Assembly (NCBI GenBank): GCA_014905635.1
Contig: JABVCE010000004.1
Location: forward strand, 1,178,001-1,242,000
Origin: Scenedesmus sp. PABB004
Lineage: Eukaryota
DNA: 64,000 nt
Reading direction: 5' to 3'
The notes beneath the pieces were generated by a model. It was not told where the DNA came from. It saw only the letters and a program-made list of their open reading frames with translations, and ran no database searches. Shown piece by piece: positions 35,858-49,139 of the stretch. Each line of letters opens with the position of its first letter. Positions within the stretch are counted from its first letter, which is position 1. Both the position numbers and the translations under genes were made by a program.

Positions 35858-37298
35858 TCAGAGCGCGCCGGACGGGTCGGCCGCGAGGCTCGCCTCCGCG
35901 GCCACGTCGCTGTGGCCGCCGCCGCCCGGCACGCGCGGCAGCGGGGCCTTGCCGCCGGGGCCGAGCCCGCCGTGGTGCGCTCCGATGAGGCCGCTGCCGC
36001 CGGCCGCCGCCGCCGCCTGCTGGGCCTGCATGAGCGCCATGGCTGCCGCGGGGTCGAGGCCGTAGCTGGCCCCCATCGGGGCGTACGGGTTGAACGCGCG
36101 CGGCGGCGGCAGGCCGAGCTCCTCCGACACGGCGCCTGCGCAGGCACGCATGCGCGCGCGGCGGCCGTCGGCGCACGCGTGCACACAGCCGGCGCGGCGG
36201 CGGCGGCGGCGCGCTGGCTGGCCGCCGGGGCGGCCCCGCTCGGGCGCCGCACCCTGGAAGATGACGAGGGCGAAGAAGAAGAGCAGCAGCCTGCGGGCGT
36301 GTGCGTGCGGCGGGGCAGCGCGCGGGGCGCGCCGGGGCGGCAGCAGGTGGCGGCGCGCGCGCCGCGGACGCGCCGAGCGGGCCGCAGGCTGGCCAGCCAT
36401 GGCCCACGCATGGGCCGCCGTCCCCCGCCACGCACATGACGAAGCAGAGGTAGGCAAACGCAATCGTGGCGAGGAACACGCCCGTGCTCAGCGCCGGCCA
36501 CGCGTCGCCGAGGCGCGCCTGCAGCTGGTCGCGCACCGCGTCCTTGAAGCCGTCCAGCACCAGGCCGACCAGGAGGCAGAAGAAGGCGAGGCCGCCGGCA
36601 AAGGCACACACAAACCCGTAGCCCAGCCCGGCGCCTGCGGCGGCGGGCGCGGCGCGGCGCGGCGGCTCGGCGCCGGCTCGGCGCCGGCGCGGCGCCGGCG
36701 CCGGCGCCGCGCGGCGCGGCGCGGCAGCTCGCCGTTTTTGCGAATGCTCTTGTGGATGAGGACTGCCAGAGGGCAGGGGGCGGGGCAGGCGGCAGGCGGC
36801 GGCTGTCAGGCCCGCGCTGCGCGCTGCCGAGGGCGCGCCGCCGCCGCGCGCGGCTCTCTCCCACTCACTCGCGCAGGAGAGAATGTTGAACAGCAGCACC
36901 AGCAGGCCGCCGAGCACGCTCGCCGCGACGGGGGCGCGCCAGATCTCGTGGGAGACCTCAATGTTGAGCAGCTTGTACGACCGGACGAGGTTGGCGCTCG
37001 TGGCGAATGCGAGCGCGTAGAAAATGCTCGTCACCAGGAAGTTGATCACCCAGCACATCTGAGTGTGGATTGAGGGGAGGGTGAGGGTGAGGGAGGAGGG
37101 CGGGTTGAAGTCGGGACGCGGCGAGCTCAAGTCGGCTGGCGCAACGCGCCGCGCGGCGCCGAGCTCGGCGGCTGACCCAACGCGCCGCGGCGCGCCCGAG
37201 GCTCGGCAGGCGCTGCCAAGCTCGCGAGAGGCTCTCCCTTCCACGCGCACACGCACCCATAAGATCGTGCGGGTCGCCTCCCCGCCCAGGCAGCGCAT
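35858..37298 (-). CDS. Multi-pass membrane protein of unknown function (about 6 exons)
   Basis: MRCLGGEATRTILW|MCWVINFLVTSIFYALAFA...VLGGLLVLLFNILSCA|ILIHKSIRKN|GAGLGYGFVCAFAGGLAFFCLLVGLVL...GVFLATIAFAYLCFV; about 4 TM helices and a G/A-rich tail. Confidence 0.75.
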
Positions 37299-37607
37299 GG
37301 CTGCTCCGGCGAACGGGGCAGCGCCGCGCGGCGAGCAGGTCCCACACCGGGGCCACTGGGCCACTCCGAGGTCACCCTGGGAACCAAGGGACTGCTCGAA
37401 GGCCTCGAAAAGTGCCTCACGACGCCGTGGCCCCGGCGGGCGGGGCGCGCAGCGGCGCAGCTGCTCTGGCTCGCGGCGGCGGAGCGCGAGCTGTGGGGAG
37501 AGGGCGCAGGGGCGTGGCTGACGCGCGGGAGCGGACGCCAAGTCTGAGGGAGGACGCGCAGCGGGCGAGAGGGCGTCGCTGGCTCGAGAGCGCACGGAGC
37601 CGTTACT

Positions 37608-37642
37608 TTTGACCGCGAGCTTTGACCGCGAGCTTTGACCGC
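37608..37642. promoter_or_regulatory. 13-bp tandem repeat (TTTGACCGCGAGC x2.7) forming clustered TTGACC (W-box-like) sites
   Basis: Seen directly about 310 bp upstream of the membrane-protein ATG, with a further TTGACC at ~37647. The regulatory role is inference. Confidence 0.45.
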
Positions 37643-38440
37643 TTGATTGACCCCACCGCAGTGCGTGATTGGCAGCGGTGCCGTGCCGCGTCGCGGCGGT
37701 GCGTGCGTGCGTTTTTTGTGCGCGAGCGCGCGCTCAGAACGGACAACTCTCCGCCCACCAGGTCGTTTGCGCTCGGCCATCAGGTCGCAGTCCGCTCGGC
37801 CAGTCGCGCGCGCCGCAGCCAGGGCGCGCAGGCGCGGGCGCGTGTGCTGCGCGCGCCGCGCGGCAGGCGTCATTATTGGCGTGCGTGTGGATCGGCAGCA
37901 GCGCACAAGCGGCCCGCTCTCCGGCGTGAACAACAAGAACAGCTGCCTAGGAAGCCCTAAGCCACCGACCAAAGAACGAGCAGATGCCCGCCCCCCACGC
38001 CCGGCCGCCGCCCGATGCACCATCCGTCCCGGCATGTGAGCGGCACGCCGTCGCCCCGGCGTGCGTTCGCGGGTGCGGGCGCCGCCGCGCCAGCTGTGCC
38101 CGTCGTCCGCAAGGCAGCTGTGTCACAGACCCCCCCGGAGCATGCTGAGCGGTAGGCGCAGCCAGCGCCCAGCGCGGGCAGGGCGAGACGTGGCGCACGC
38201 GCGAGGCAGGCGCACGCGCGCCCGGCGAGCGCCGCCGCCGGCGCCCCGCTCGGCGGCGGCGCGGGCGCTGCAAGACGAATGAAATGCTACCTCAACTCAA
38301 GCCCAGCAAGAGCCGCCTCCATGTGTGTGCGTGTGTGTGGTGTGCGTGTGTGCGTGTGCGTGGCGGACAGTGCGTGTGTGGTGTGCGATGCGTGTGGGGT
38401 GCGGGGCGTGCGTGGCGCGCGCGGTCGGGCGCGGCGCGGG

Positions 38441-39011
38441 CTAGGCGGGCGCGCGCCACGTCGCGACGCCTGTGGCGGTGCGCAGCTCGAGCTTGCCGGC
38501 GTCGGTGACCACCAGCCGGCGCGCGGGCGAGCCCGTGGCGCCAGCGACGCTCCACACCAGGGTGCCGGCGCCGTTGATGACTGCGGGCGGACGGGCGGGC
38601 GGGGCGTCAGCGGCGGCGGCGCCAGCGGCGGCGGCGCCAGCGAGCCGCGTGCGAGCCGCGCCGCCGCTCACGGTTGAGGTTGCCTGCGCTGGTGAGCGTG
38701 AGGTTGAAGGGCCCCGGCCCGCCAGGCGCGGTGCGCGCGCTCGACCAGAGCGGCGGCGTGCCCGCGGCGCCGCTCAGCTGCAGCCGGCCGTCGGCGCGCA
38801 GGCACGCGCGGTACGCGAGGTTGGGCGAGGTCCGGCACACAGAGCGGACGGACGCCGACAGCGACGCGCTGCCATAGCGGAGCACGAGGCGCGAGGCCGT
38901 GCTGACAGGCGCTGGGCTCGGGCTGGGCGTCGTGCCGCCGCCGCCCGAGGGGCTGGGGCTCGGGCTCGGCGACGCGCCGCCGCCGGGGCTGGGGCTCGGG
39001 CTCGGCGACGT

Positions 39012-39049
<38 letters not shown>

Positions 39050-40212
39050 TGCCGCCGCCGGGGCTGGGGCTCGGGCTGGGCGTCGCGCCGCCGGTGCCGG
39101 GGTCGGGGCTCGTGCTGGGCGGGACCCAGCCGGGCGGCACGACCTGCGGCGGCTCGGGCGGGTCGGGCACGTAGCGCTGGGGCAGCACGTTGGCTGTGAA
39201 GTAGCCGGGGCTGGCGATGTTGCCCGCGGGGCGGTAGCGGCAGACCACGTAGGTGCCCTGGGGCAGCGTGAAGAAGCCGGTGATGCCGTTCAGGCAGAGC
39301 TGCACCGCGCAGCCCAGCGAGGTGGTCGACTTCCACACCATCGCCGTGAAGTGCCCCGTGTTCGTCCCGAAGCCGGGGTCGGAGTAGTTGTACAGCTTGT
39401 ACTCGCTATACCTGCAGGGGCGGCCGGCGGGCGAAGAGGACACGCAGCACGCGTTTTGTTGTGTTTTTTTGGGGAGGATGAAGGGGCGCAGCGCACGCGT
39501 CGCCACGGGCAGGCGCGTGCGGCCGCGGCATGGCCGCGGGCCGCCGCGCGCGCGCGCGTGCGCGCACCAGCTCCTGAGCGCCGCGTTCAGCTGCAGGTGC
39601 ATGCGGTCGGTGTCGGTGTTCTGGTCGATGTAGAGGTTCTCTCCCTCCTTGGCGGTCGCGTCGTGGTTGAAGTCGCACGCGGCCGCCCACGCGGCCGCGT
39701 CCGCGGCGAGCCCCGCGTCCCACACGAGGTCCGGCACGCCGTGCGCGGCGCGGTAGGTGTTGTGCTGGTCCAGCGCGAGCCACTGCACGTAGGTCAGCGG
39801 CGCCTGCTGCGCCGGCGCGCCGCGCGGCCCGCCCGCATCGGGCGGCGGCGCCGGGAACGACAGCGGCGGGCCTGACCAGCCGCCCTCGCCTGCGGCGGGG
39901 CGGGCGGTGGCGGGCGGGCGCGGGCGGGCGTGGGCCGCTGGCGCGCGCGGCGCGGCGGCACCGGCGGGCGCTGCTGCTCGCGAGCGAGCCCGCCGCCACC
40001 GCAGGCGTCCGCCATGCTCTCACGGCTGCGACGGATCCGGCGCGTTCGCCGCCGCGCTGGCAGGCCACTGGGGCGGGTGAGCGCGGCGGCAGAGCGCCCA
40101 ACGCGGCGCGATGGCGACCTCTCCGCCCGCCCTCACCTGGCGCGCCCGCCAGGGCGCCCGCTGCCAGCACGAGCACCAGGACCGCGGCCGCCGCTCGCGT
40201 GGCGGCGGCCAT
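38441..40212 (-). CDS. Secreted CAP (SCP/PR-1/GAPR-1-like) protein with Ser-Pro/Gly linker and C-terminal bulb-type (B-)lectin-like domain (4 exons)
   Basis: Signal peptide AAAVLVLVLAAGALA. CAP motifs HNTYRAAHGVPDLVWD, GENLY, WYSEYKLY, TGHFTAMVWKSTTSLGCA, VVCRYRPAGN. (SP)n repeats. C-terminal LRADGRLQL..PLWSS, LTSAGNLNL..LVWS, VTDAGKLEL..TW. Confidence 0.9.
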
Positions 40213-41357
40213 GGCGCTGAGCAGGCTCCTGGCCGCCGGCTGAACAAGGGGTGAACAAGGGGCGTCGACGCTCGGTGCAGCCGCGCAGCAGGGCGCCCGA
40301 TGTAGCGACGTGGAAGGAGGCGTCTCTGCCGGCAGCAGCTCTGGAACTTGTTGAACGCGGGCCGCGCCGGCGCCGTCGAACCGCCGCCGCCCCGACGCGG
40401 GCGCGGCGACCGGCCGCGCGGGGGAGGGAAAGACAACGACCTCCTGGCTGCGCAACGCGGTCATGGGCCCTTGAACGTCCTGCCGAGTACGGACAGGCCG
40501 GCGGGTGCCTGGAGGCTGCCGGTCAGCGCGGCCAGCGCGCCCCGCGTCCTCCCCCCGCGCCGCTGCTCGTCCGGGCCCGCCTCGGCTCATTCACCCGCTG
40601 TTCCCCACGTGCCGCCACCTGCGCCGGCGAAGCGCCTGCAGCAGGCCAGGGGCGCTGCGCGCGCGCGGCGTCGACGCGCCGCCGCGCGACGGCCGCGGCG
40701 GGTCCGCGGCGCGCCTGCCTCTGCCGCGCTGTGGACGTGCTGGGCCAGTGCGGACTGCGCCGAGCCCGCCAGGCGAGAAGCAGCGCAGAGCGGGGCGCGG
40801 CCCCGGGGGCACAGCGGGCGGGCCGCCGCAGGCAGCAGGGCGCGACGCCGTCGCGGTGCCAGTGCGCGGCTGTCGTCGCCGCAACGCGCGCGCAGCGATC
40901 GCCCGGCAGGCGGAGACGCGGCAGCGCGCGATGCTGCTCTGGACGCGCTGCTCCGCTGCCGCTTGAGCGCGCAGCCCGCCCGACAGCGCGACCTTGACCG
41001 GCACGCGTACGCAAGTGCCTGCCGCCGCAGCGGCAGCGCTCGCTCAGTCGGGCTCGACACCCGGCGCACGGCGGCACGCGGGTGAGCGGGCCGCTCGCGG
41101 CGGTCCCCCGTGCGGGAGGGGCCGCAGGGAGTCGGCGGTGGTGGCCAGGGCGGCGCTGGGGCGGCCAGGGGCGCGGGTGGGCGGGGTGGGCGCGGTGCCG
41201 GCCTTGCTGCCGGTCCGCGCGAGCGCGCTCGCGGGCCCTGCGGCCGCGCTGCTGCTGGCGGTGGCGCCCAGGCGCGTGATCCCGCCGCCGCCCGGGCGCC
41301 CGGGCGCCTTGGCGCCGCAGGGCTGCCGCGCATCGCCGCCAGCAGGGGGCCGGGGCA

Positions 41358-44152
41358 ATGGCGCAGGCCAAGCCCGCGCCGGCGTGGGAGCCGGAGCTGA
41401 GGCGCACCTGGAGCTCGGCCTGCGACGGAGCCGTGGCCTCGATAGCGCTCTCGGCGCGGGGCTCGGTCGCGGCGGCGACGGCGGGCACGCTGTACCTGTA
41501 CGAGGCGCCGCCGGGCCTCGCGCTCAGCCGGGAGGTCACCGCCGGCCCCGCCGGCCTCACCGCCGCGGCCTTCACCAGCAAGGGCGGCGAGGTGGTCAGC
41601 GGCGGCGGCGACGGCTTCATCAAGTGGTGGCAGGCCGACAGCGGCGAGCAGGCGTGCGCGACGCAGTTCCCGCAGGCCGAGGGCAACGCCGTGCCCGCGG
41701 TGCAGGAGGTGGCCTGCTCCCAGGACGGGCTCGTCGCGGCCGTGAGCGGCAGGTGCGGCGGCCGCGGCGCGGCGCGGCGAGCGCGGCGGGACGGCACGGC
41801 GCGGCGGGCGGGCGCGGCCTGCGGCGGCGGGCACGGCTCACGCGCCCGCTCCACTCCCGCCCCGCGCGCGCGCGGCGGCGCAGGTACCTGTGCGTGTTTG
41901 GCCCCGGCGGCGAGCACCTGCACACGCTGGGCGCGGAGGGCGACCACTGCATCGGGCAGGTCGCGTGGCTCGCCGGCACGACCGTGTGCGCGTGCGCGGG
42001 CGACGAGGTCTCGCTCTGGTCCATCAGCGCGGAGGGGTACGAGGAGCTCGGCACGTGCGCGGCCAACCCGTCGTCCCCGATCGAGCACCTCGCCGCGGCG
42101 CCGAGCGGGCGCTTCCTCGCGGCGGCGTGCGTCAACGGCATGGTCCAGGTCTGGGACACCGCGACGATGGCCCAGACGATGGACCCGGTGCTCAAGATAT
42201 CGGAGGGCATCGAGGACAAGGCGCGCACGCGCGCGCAGCGGCGGCGGCGGGGCGCGGCGCGGCGCGCCGCGCCGCGGCGGGCGGGGCGGGCCCGCCGACC
42301 GCCGCGCCGCCCGCGCCCGGGCCGCAGGTGCTGCGGCTGTGCTGGGACTCCAGCAGCAAGCTGCTGGCGGCGGCGGTGGGCAACGACGTGCTGGTCTGGT
42401 GAGGCGGCGGCGGCGCGGCGCGGCGCGGCGCAGCGGTGGCGGTGGCGGGCGGCGCAGCGGCGGCGGCGGCGGGCGGCGCGGCGCCGCGCCGGCGCGGCCG
42501 CCCACGCTGGGGCCGGCGCGCAGGGACATCTCTGCTGTGACGGACGGCAAGGTCGAGAGCTTCATCTGCATGGGCTACGACCAGGGCGCGCGCGTCACCT
42601 GCCTCGCGTTTGAGCCCGACGGCAGCCTGCTGGTGAGCCCCCGCGCGCGGCGCCCGCGCGGCGTTGGCGGGCCCGCGCGGCGGCGAGCGCCGCGCGCTGA
42701 GCGCCGCGCGCCGCGCGCCGCCCCCGGCAGGCGAGCGCCGCGGACAACGGGCAGTGCCTCGTGCACGACGTGGGCGGCCTCGCCGGCAGCGGCGTCGTCA
42801 ACGGGCTCGTCAGCCACGTCAGCGCGGCGGCGATGAGCACCGCCGAGGGCGCCGGCGACGCGGTGACCGCGCTCGCGTGGCACGAGGGCGGCACGCTGCT
42901 GCTCGGCACGCAAGCAGGTGCGCACGCGAGCAAGTGCTGAGGGGCCTCCCTCTCCCTCCCGTGCCGGCGCCCTCGGCGCCCTCGGCGCCCTCGGCGCCCT
43001 CGGCGCCTTCGGCGCCCACGCCCCGCTGCGCGCTGGCGCGCCCCGCCGCGGGCAGGCCGCATTGAGGCCTTTGAGGTGGCCAAGGCGGAGCAGCACGGGC
43101 TGCCGGCCGGCGCGCAGCAGGACGGCTCGCCACACGCGGTGCAGCAGGGCCAGGCCAAGCCGCGCAACCAGGAGCTGGTGCGACGCGCGCGCGCCCCGTG
43201 CGGCGCCGCGCTGCGCCGCCGGCCGGCCGCTCACGCGCGCGCCGCGCCGCCGCTCTCCCGCGCCGCGCAGCGGCGCCAGGCCAACGGCCCCGTCAACGGC
43301 GGCGGCGACCCCGGCGCGCGGCGCGGCGGCGGCCGCGGCCCGCAGGCGGGCTGGGGCGGCGAGCCGCTGATGCAGGGCAGCATGCAGGGCTACGCGGGAG
43401 ACATGATGGGCCAGGGCCCGATGGTGAGCTGGGCTGCCCGCGCCCGCGGCTGCGGGCCCCCTCCGCTCCCTGGCAGCCAGCGCGCGCGCGGGCCGCTCGC
43501 GTGCCGCACCGAGCGCCGCCCGCCGCCCGGCGCCGCAGGAGCCCGGCGCGGGGCTGGCCGCCATGGGCGGCCGGCTGCGCGGCGGCCGCGGCGGGCGCGA
43601 GCCGCGCGCCCCCGGCGGCGCGTACGGCGGCGGCGGCGGCTACAAGCGCGACGGCGGGCCCGGCGACGGCGTGCCGCCCAGCCCCGACGGCGGGCCGGGG
43701 GGCATGATGGCCGCGCCGGGCGGGTGGGGGATGGTCCAGGCAATGCCAGGCATGCCGCCGATGTGGGTGCGCCCCATGGCCATGCCCTACGCCATCCCTT
43801 TCGGCCAGGTGCGCGCGGACTGCCTCCGGCGGCGGCGCCGCCCGTCGCGCGCGGCGCCGCCGCGGGGGCACGCGCCGCCGCCCGCCCGCCCGCCGGCCAC
43901 GCGCGCGCGCCGCCCGCCTGCCCGCCCGCAGATGATGGCGCCGCAGATGATGCCGGGGGTGCCCTACGCCATGCCCGCGCCCGGCGCGCAGCCGCCGCCG
44001 GCTGGGAGCATGCCTGGCGGCGGCGGGCGCTACAGCAGCGGCGCGCCGTCGCCCGGCGGCCTCTCGAGCATGGGCAGCGGCGGGCTGGGCGGCCCGGGGC
44101 GCGGCATGGGCGGCCGCGGGCGCGACGGCCAGCAGCAGCAGCAGCCGTACAT

Positions 44153-44193
<41 letters not shown>

Positions 44194-45160
44194 CGGGGCC
44201 CGGCGCGCCGCCGGCCGTGAACGGCGAGCGGCGGCCCGGCGGCGTGCCCGGGCCCGCGCCGCCTCCGGGGCCCGCGCCGCCGGCTGCATACGAGCGCGCG
44301 CCTGCAGCGGCAGGCGGGCAGGCAGCTGGGCCTGGGCAGGCAGCCGTGCAGCAGTACGGCAGCGGCGAGCAGCCGCGCTACTACGACCAGCAGCAGCAGC
44401 AGCAGCCGCGCGGAGGCAGCGGCTACGGCAGCGGCTCGGACGGCGGCCAGCGCTACGGCGGCCCGCCCGTGCACCTCGAGCGCGGCAGCGAGTCGCAGGG
44501 CAGCGAGGGCAGCGGGCGTTACGGCGGCCCGCGCGGCAGCGGCCCGCCGCGCGCCTTCAGCAACAGCGGCAGCCACAGCTCGGGCGGCCCCGTGGCCGGC
44601 GCCCCGTATGGCGGCGAGCGCGGCGGCCCCGGCGCGCCGCGCGGCGAGCGCTACGGCCGCGGCGGGCCCGGGTCGCGCGACGGCCCCGCCGGCTACGGCG
44701 GCGAGCCGCCGCAGCAGCTGCAGGCCTACATGGTCCCGCCGGGGCAGCCGCAGCTCGTGCGCCAGGGCTCGGGCGGCGGCGGGCAGCAGCCGTACGGCCA
44801 GGGGCGCTACCCCTCGCAGCAGCAGCCCGGCGGCGGCCCGCCCGGCGGCCACCACGGCGGCGACGGCGGCCCGGGCCCGCGCGGCAGCGGCGGCGGCGGC
44901 GGCTACGCCGGCGACGGCGCCGGCGCGCCGGCGAGCCCGCCGGGCGGCTCGCCCGTGCCCGTCGCGATGGTCCCGCGCCCAATGGCTGTGCCGTTGATGT
45001 ACATGTACCCCAATGGCATGCCTGCCTATGGCCTGCCCGGCTACCCCCAGCCCTGGGCGGCCGCGCCGTACGGCTACGGCCCGCCCGGGTACTACGCGGC
45101 GCCGCCGGGCTACGGGGCGGTGCCCGCGGGCGCGATGGCGCCGCCGCCGATGGCCGGCCC

Positions 45161-45192
<32 letters not shown>

Positions 45193-45624
45193 ACGGCCTG
45201 CCGCGCGGCCGCGGCAGCAGCGGCAGCGACGCCGGCGAGGCGGGCGAGGGCCAGGGGAACCGCGCGCTCTACGTTGGCAACCTGGCGCCCGCGGTGGACG
45301 AGCACGCGCTCAACCTGCAGTTCAGCATGTACGGCCAGGTGCTGCAGGTCCAGGTGCGGGCGCGCCGCGCCGCCGCCGCCGTCGCGGCGCCGCTGCGGCG
45401 CCGCCGCCCCCGCCGCGGCGCCGGGGGCCTCACGCCGGCCGGCCGCGGCCGCCGCGCAGGTCATGCGCGACCGCGAGACGCGGGCGAGCCGCGGGTACGG
45501 CTTCATCACCTTTGCCAGCCCCGACAGCGCGCGCGCCGCCATCGCCGCGCTCAACGGCGCGTCGATCGCGGGGCCCTTCGCGGGGCGGCCGCTGCGCGTG
45601 TCGCCGTCCAACAAGGCGCGCTGA
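41358..45624 (+). CDS. WD40-repeat protein fused through a long G/P/Q/Y-rich low-complexity region to a C-terminal RRM
   Basis: WD40 blades (VVSGGGDGFIKWW, LAAACVNGMVQVWD, VTCLAFEPDGSLL, VTALAWHEGG). RRM RNP2 LYVGNL and RNP1 RGYGFITF. Splice junctions at 43036, 43271, 43539, 43932 and 45460 keep one frame. Confidence 0.75.
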
Positions 45625-46614
45625 GGCGGCGCCGGGGGGCGCGGCGCGGAGCGGCGCCGCGGCGCGGGGCCTGCCTGGCGGCGCCGCGCGCCCCCGCCCG
45701 GGGCGTGCGGCCGCGGCGGCATTGAGCAGCGCCTGCGCATCGAGCTGCGCCTGCACTGCGGCGTCAAAGACGGACGGCACGCGGGCGGCGGGATTGCAGC
45801 GGCCCGGGCGTGGGCGCGGCTGAGACTGCAAAGCACCGAAAGCTCCGCCGCACTGCCCATCACGCACTCGGCGCGCCCGCGCGCCACGCCCGCGCCGCGC
45901 GCGCGCGGCGCGGCGGCGCCCGCGCCGTCGCGCGCTCACAGCGCGGGGCCTGGCACGGGGCGGCCGCGCCGCGCGGTGGCGCGGGCTGGGCGTGCGTCGG
46001 CCGCGCGCGCTGCACAGGGGCGGGCCGGGACTGTCGATGCTGCGGACCCGCGGCGCAACTGCGATCGGCCGCCCCACGGCGGTACGGCTCGGGGGATGGG
46101 GCGGGAGGCCCCGTGGCCGGTGGGGCCGCGCGCCCTCCGCTAGCACTAGGCGTGGCGCTCTGGAGTCGGTCTGTCTCGGTCGAGCGGTGTGTGTGGGTGT
46201 GTTTGCGCGGAGGGTGTGTGTGTGCAGCGTGGCTCGCGCGTGTGCGGTGATGGGCGCGGCCTCGGCGGCGGTCCGGAGCGCTGCGCGCCGCACACGGGGC
46301 CGGCGCGGGGCGGGCAGGAGCAGAAGAAGTAACCCCGGACCCCCCCCCCCCACCCGCGGCCCGCCGCGATGGCGGCCGGGCCGCCGCGCAGTCTGCGCAG
46401 ACTGCACACGCCCCCCGCGCCTGGGCCCCCCACCCCTGCCAGCTGAGGGCTGGCATGCGTCCACGACCTCGCACCACCAACGCGCACGTGCAAGTGCCAG
46501 GCACTGCGCCGGCAGACCCCCTCAGCAGCGCTCTCGCGCGCCGCAGCAGCGCAGCGCCGGCGGCGGCGGCTCCCGTGGGGCGCCGCCCCGGACGGCGACG
46601 AGGTGGTTGCGCGA

Positions 46615-48071
46615 TCAGCGGTCGAGGCCAACGATGACGTCACGGATGATGCCCGCCGCCTCGAGGCACTGCTCGTCGCTCAGCACGAGCGGCGGCGCGA
46701 GGCGGATCGTGTCGCCGTGCGTCGGCTTGGTCAGCAGCCCCGCGTCGCGCAGCGCGAGGCAGACCTCCCACGCGCCCACGCCGTCGCGCTCCTCAATGAC
46801 CAGCGCGTTGAGCATGCCGCGCCCGCGCACCGCGCGCACGCGCGCGCTCGGGATCGCGGCGAGCTGCTCGCGGAAGATCTGGCCCAGGTGCTGCGCGCGG
46901 TCCGCGAGGCCCTCGTCCACGAGCACCTGCGCACGCCGCGCGCGCGCGTGAGCGCCGCGGCCGCGCGCGCGCGCGAGCGCCGGCGCGCGGTGCGCGCGGC
47001 GGCGCGCGCACCCGCAGCGCGGCCATGCCGACGCGCGCGGCGAGGGGGTTGCCGCCGTAGGTGGAGCCGTGCTCGCCGCGGCCGATGGTGAGCATGATCT
47101 CATCCCGCGCCAGCACCGCGCTGACCGGGTACATTCCGCCGCTGAGCGCCTTGCCCAGCACCACCATGTCGGCCTTCACGCCGTCCCAGTCCTGCGCGCG
47201 CCGTCGCGCGGGCACAGGCGCATTGGCGGGCGCCAGCGGGCGTCGGCGGAGGGCGCTGGCGCGCGGGCGGGCAGGGGCGCAGAGAGCGGGCGCGGGCGGG
47301 CGGCGGGCGGTGCGGCGGCGCACCTGGCACATCATCTTGCCGGTGCGCGCGAGGCCCGTCTGCACCTCGTCCGCGATGAGCAGCGCCTTGTGGCGGTGCA
47401 GCAGCTCCGCCGCGCGCGCGAGGTAGCCGGTGTCGGGGATGACGACGCCCGCCTCGCCCTGCAGCGGCGGCGCGGCGACGGGGCGCGGCGCGTCGGACGC
47501 GCGCGCACGCGAGCGCGTGCGCGGCGGCGGCGCGGGCGCCGGCGGCTGTGCGCGCGCTGCTGGCACCGCGCGCGCTGCTGGTGCCGCCGCCGCGCTGCCG
47601 CCGCGCGGCGGCGCGCCTGGATGGGCTCGACCATGAAGGCCACGATGTTGGGGTCGGCCTTGAGCTTCGCCTCGAGCGCGGGGAGGTCGTTGTAGGGGAT
47701 GAGATCAAAGCCGGGCATGAACGGCCCTGCACAGGCGGGGGCACAGGCGGCACAGGGGCACAGGCAGGGCCGAGCGGGGCGGCGGGTGAGCGGGTCGCCG
47801 GGTCGGCGGGCCGCGGGTCGGCGGGCCGTGGGCGGCGCGGTGCGGCGGCGCTGCGCGGCGCTGCGCGCCGCGCCGCGCACCGAAGCCGCGGTACGAGGTG
47901 GGGTCGGTGGAGGAGCTGATCGCGCTCATGGTGCGCCCCCAGAAGTTGCCGCGCGCAAAGAGGATCTTGGCCTGGTTCTCGGGGACGCCCTTCACGTCGT
48001 ACCCCCAGCGCCTGGCGGCGACGCCGCGGCGGCGGCGCGGCGGCCGTCGCGGGGCGCGCCGCCTGGCAGCA

Positions 48072-48133
<62 letters not shown>

Positions 48134-48875
48134 CCGCACCGCGCGAGCTTGCACGCCGTCTCGCCGCCCTCCACGCCCGTGTTCATGGGCAGGACCTTGT
48201 CGTAGCCGAGCAGGCCCGTGATGTACTCGGCGTACTCGCCCAGCACGTCTGTGTGGTGCGCGGCGTGAGTGGGTGCGGCCGGCGCGCCGCGCGCCGCGGC
48301 CAGCTCAGCGCCGGCGCCCCGCGTGCGCGCACCGTTGTAGAAGGCGCGCGAGGTCAGCGCGATGCGGTCGGCCTGGTCCTTGAGCGCCTGGACGATCTGC
48401 GCGGGCGCGCGGCCGGGGGCGGGCTCGGCGCGCGCGCCGGCGGCGGCGAGCGCGCGCTTCCGCCGCGCCGGGCGGGCGCGGCCGCCGGGGCGCGCCTTGG
48501 GGTGGCAGTGGCCCTGGTTGACGGCGGAGTAGGCGGAGAGGAAGTCGAAGTAGCGCTTGCCGTCGGTGTCCCACACGAACGCGCCCTGGCCGCGCTCCAG
48601 GACGACGGGGATTGGCGCGTAGTTGTGGGCGCCAAAGTGCTCCTCCCGGTCGATGATCTGCGGCGGAGGGCGCGTCGTGTGGGCGCGCGACCGCAGCGCG
48701 CCGCGCCGACATCGCCCGGCGCCGGCGGCGGGCGGGGGCCCACCTTTTGCTGCGCATCGCTGGGCGCCGAGCCGCTGTGCTGCCGCACGGCCCCCGCCAG
48801 GCGCGCCAGCGCGGGGAGGGACGCGGCGAGCGGCCCCCCACCCATCGACAGCCCGCCAGCGACGGCGCTGAGCAT
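46615..48875 (-). CDS. OAT: Ornithine aminotransferase (class III PLP enzyme), mitochondrial-type
   Basis: [106 protein letters not shown]. Confidence 0.97.
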
Positions 48876-49139
48876 GGCTGCGACGCGAGGGCCGAGGAAT
48901 AAGGCGTGCGCCTGCTGACGGCGCCCTGTGCGTGGGTGCGGCGCGACGCCGGGATTGCAGAGCTCAGCGTGTCGCACGATCAGTGGGGGCGCGCGCGCTG
49001 CCGAACGCGCTCCTTGAGAGGGCAGCCGATCGGCCGCCGCTGCTGTCGCGACGCCGGCGGCTGCGACGCGGGTGGGCGGCGGTGGCCGCTGCCCGTCCTC
49101 CACTCCACAAGGCTGCACCGACGCGACCAGCCTGGTGGG

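Noticed and set aside
37650..38300. Possible ncRNA or hidden gene in a less GC-rich intergenic stretch (also the DSS1 intron 27752-27974)
   Set aside because: No tRNA cloverleaf, paired C/D boxes or convincing exon found by eye. An Infernal/Rfam scan would be needed.
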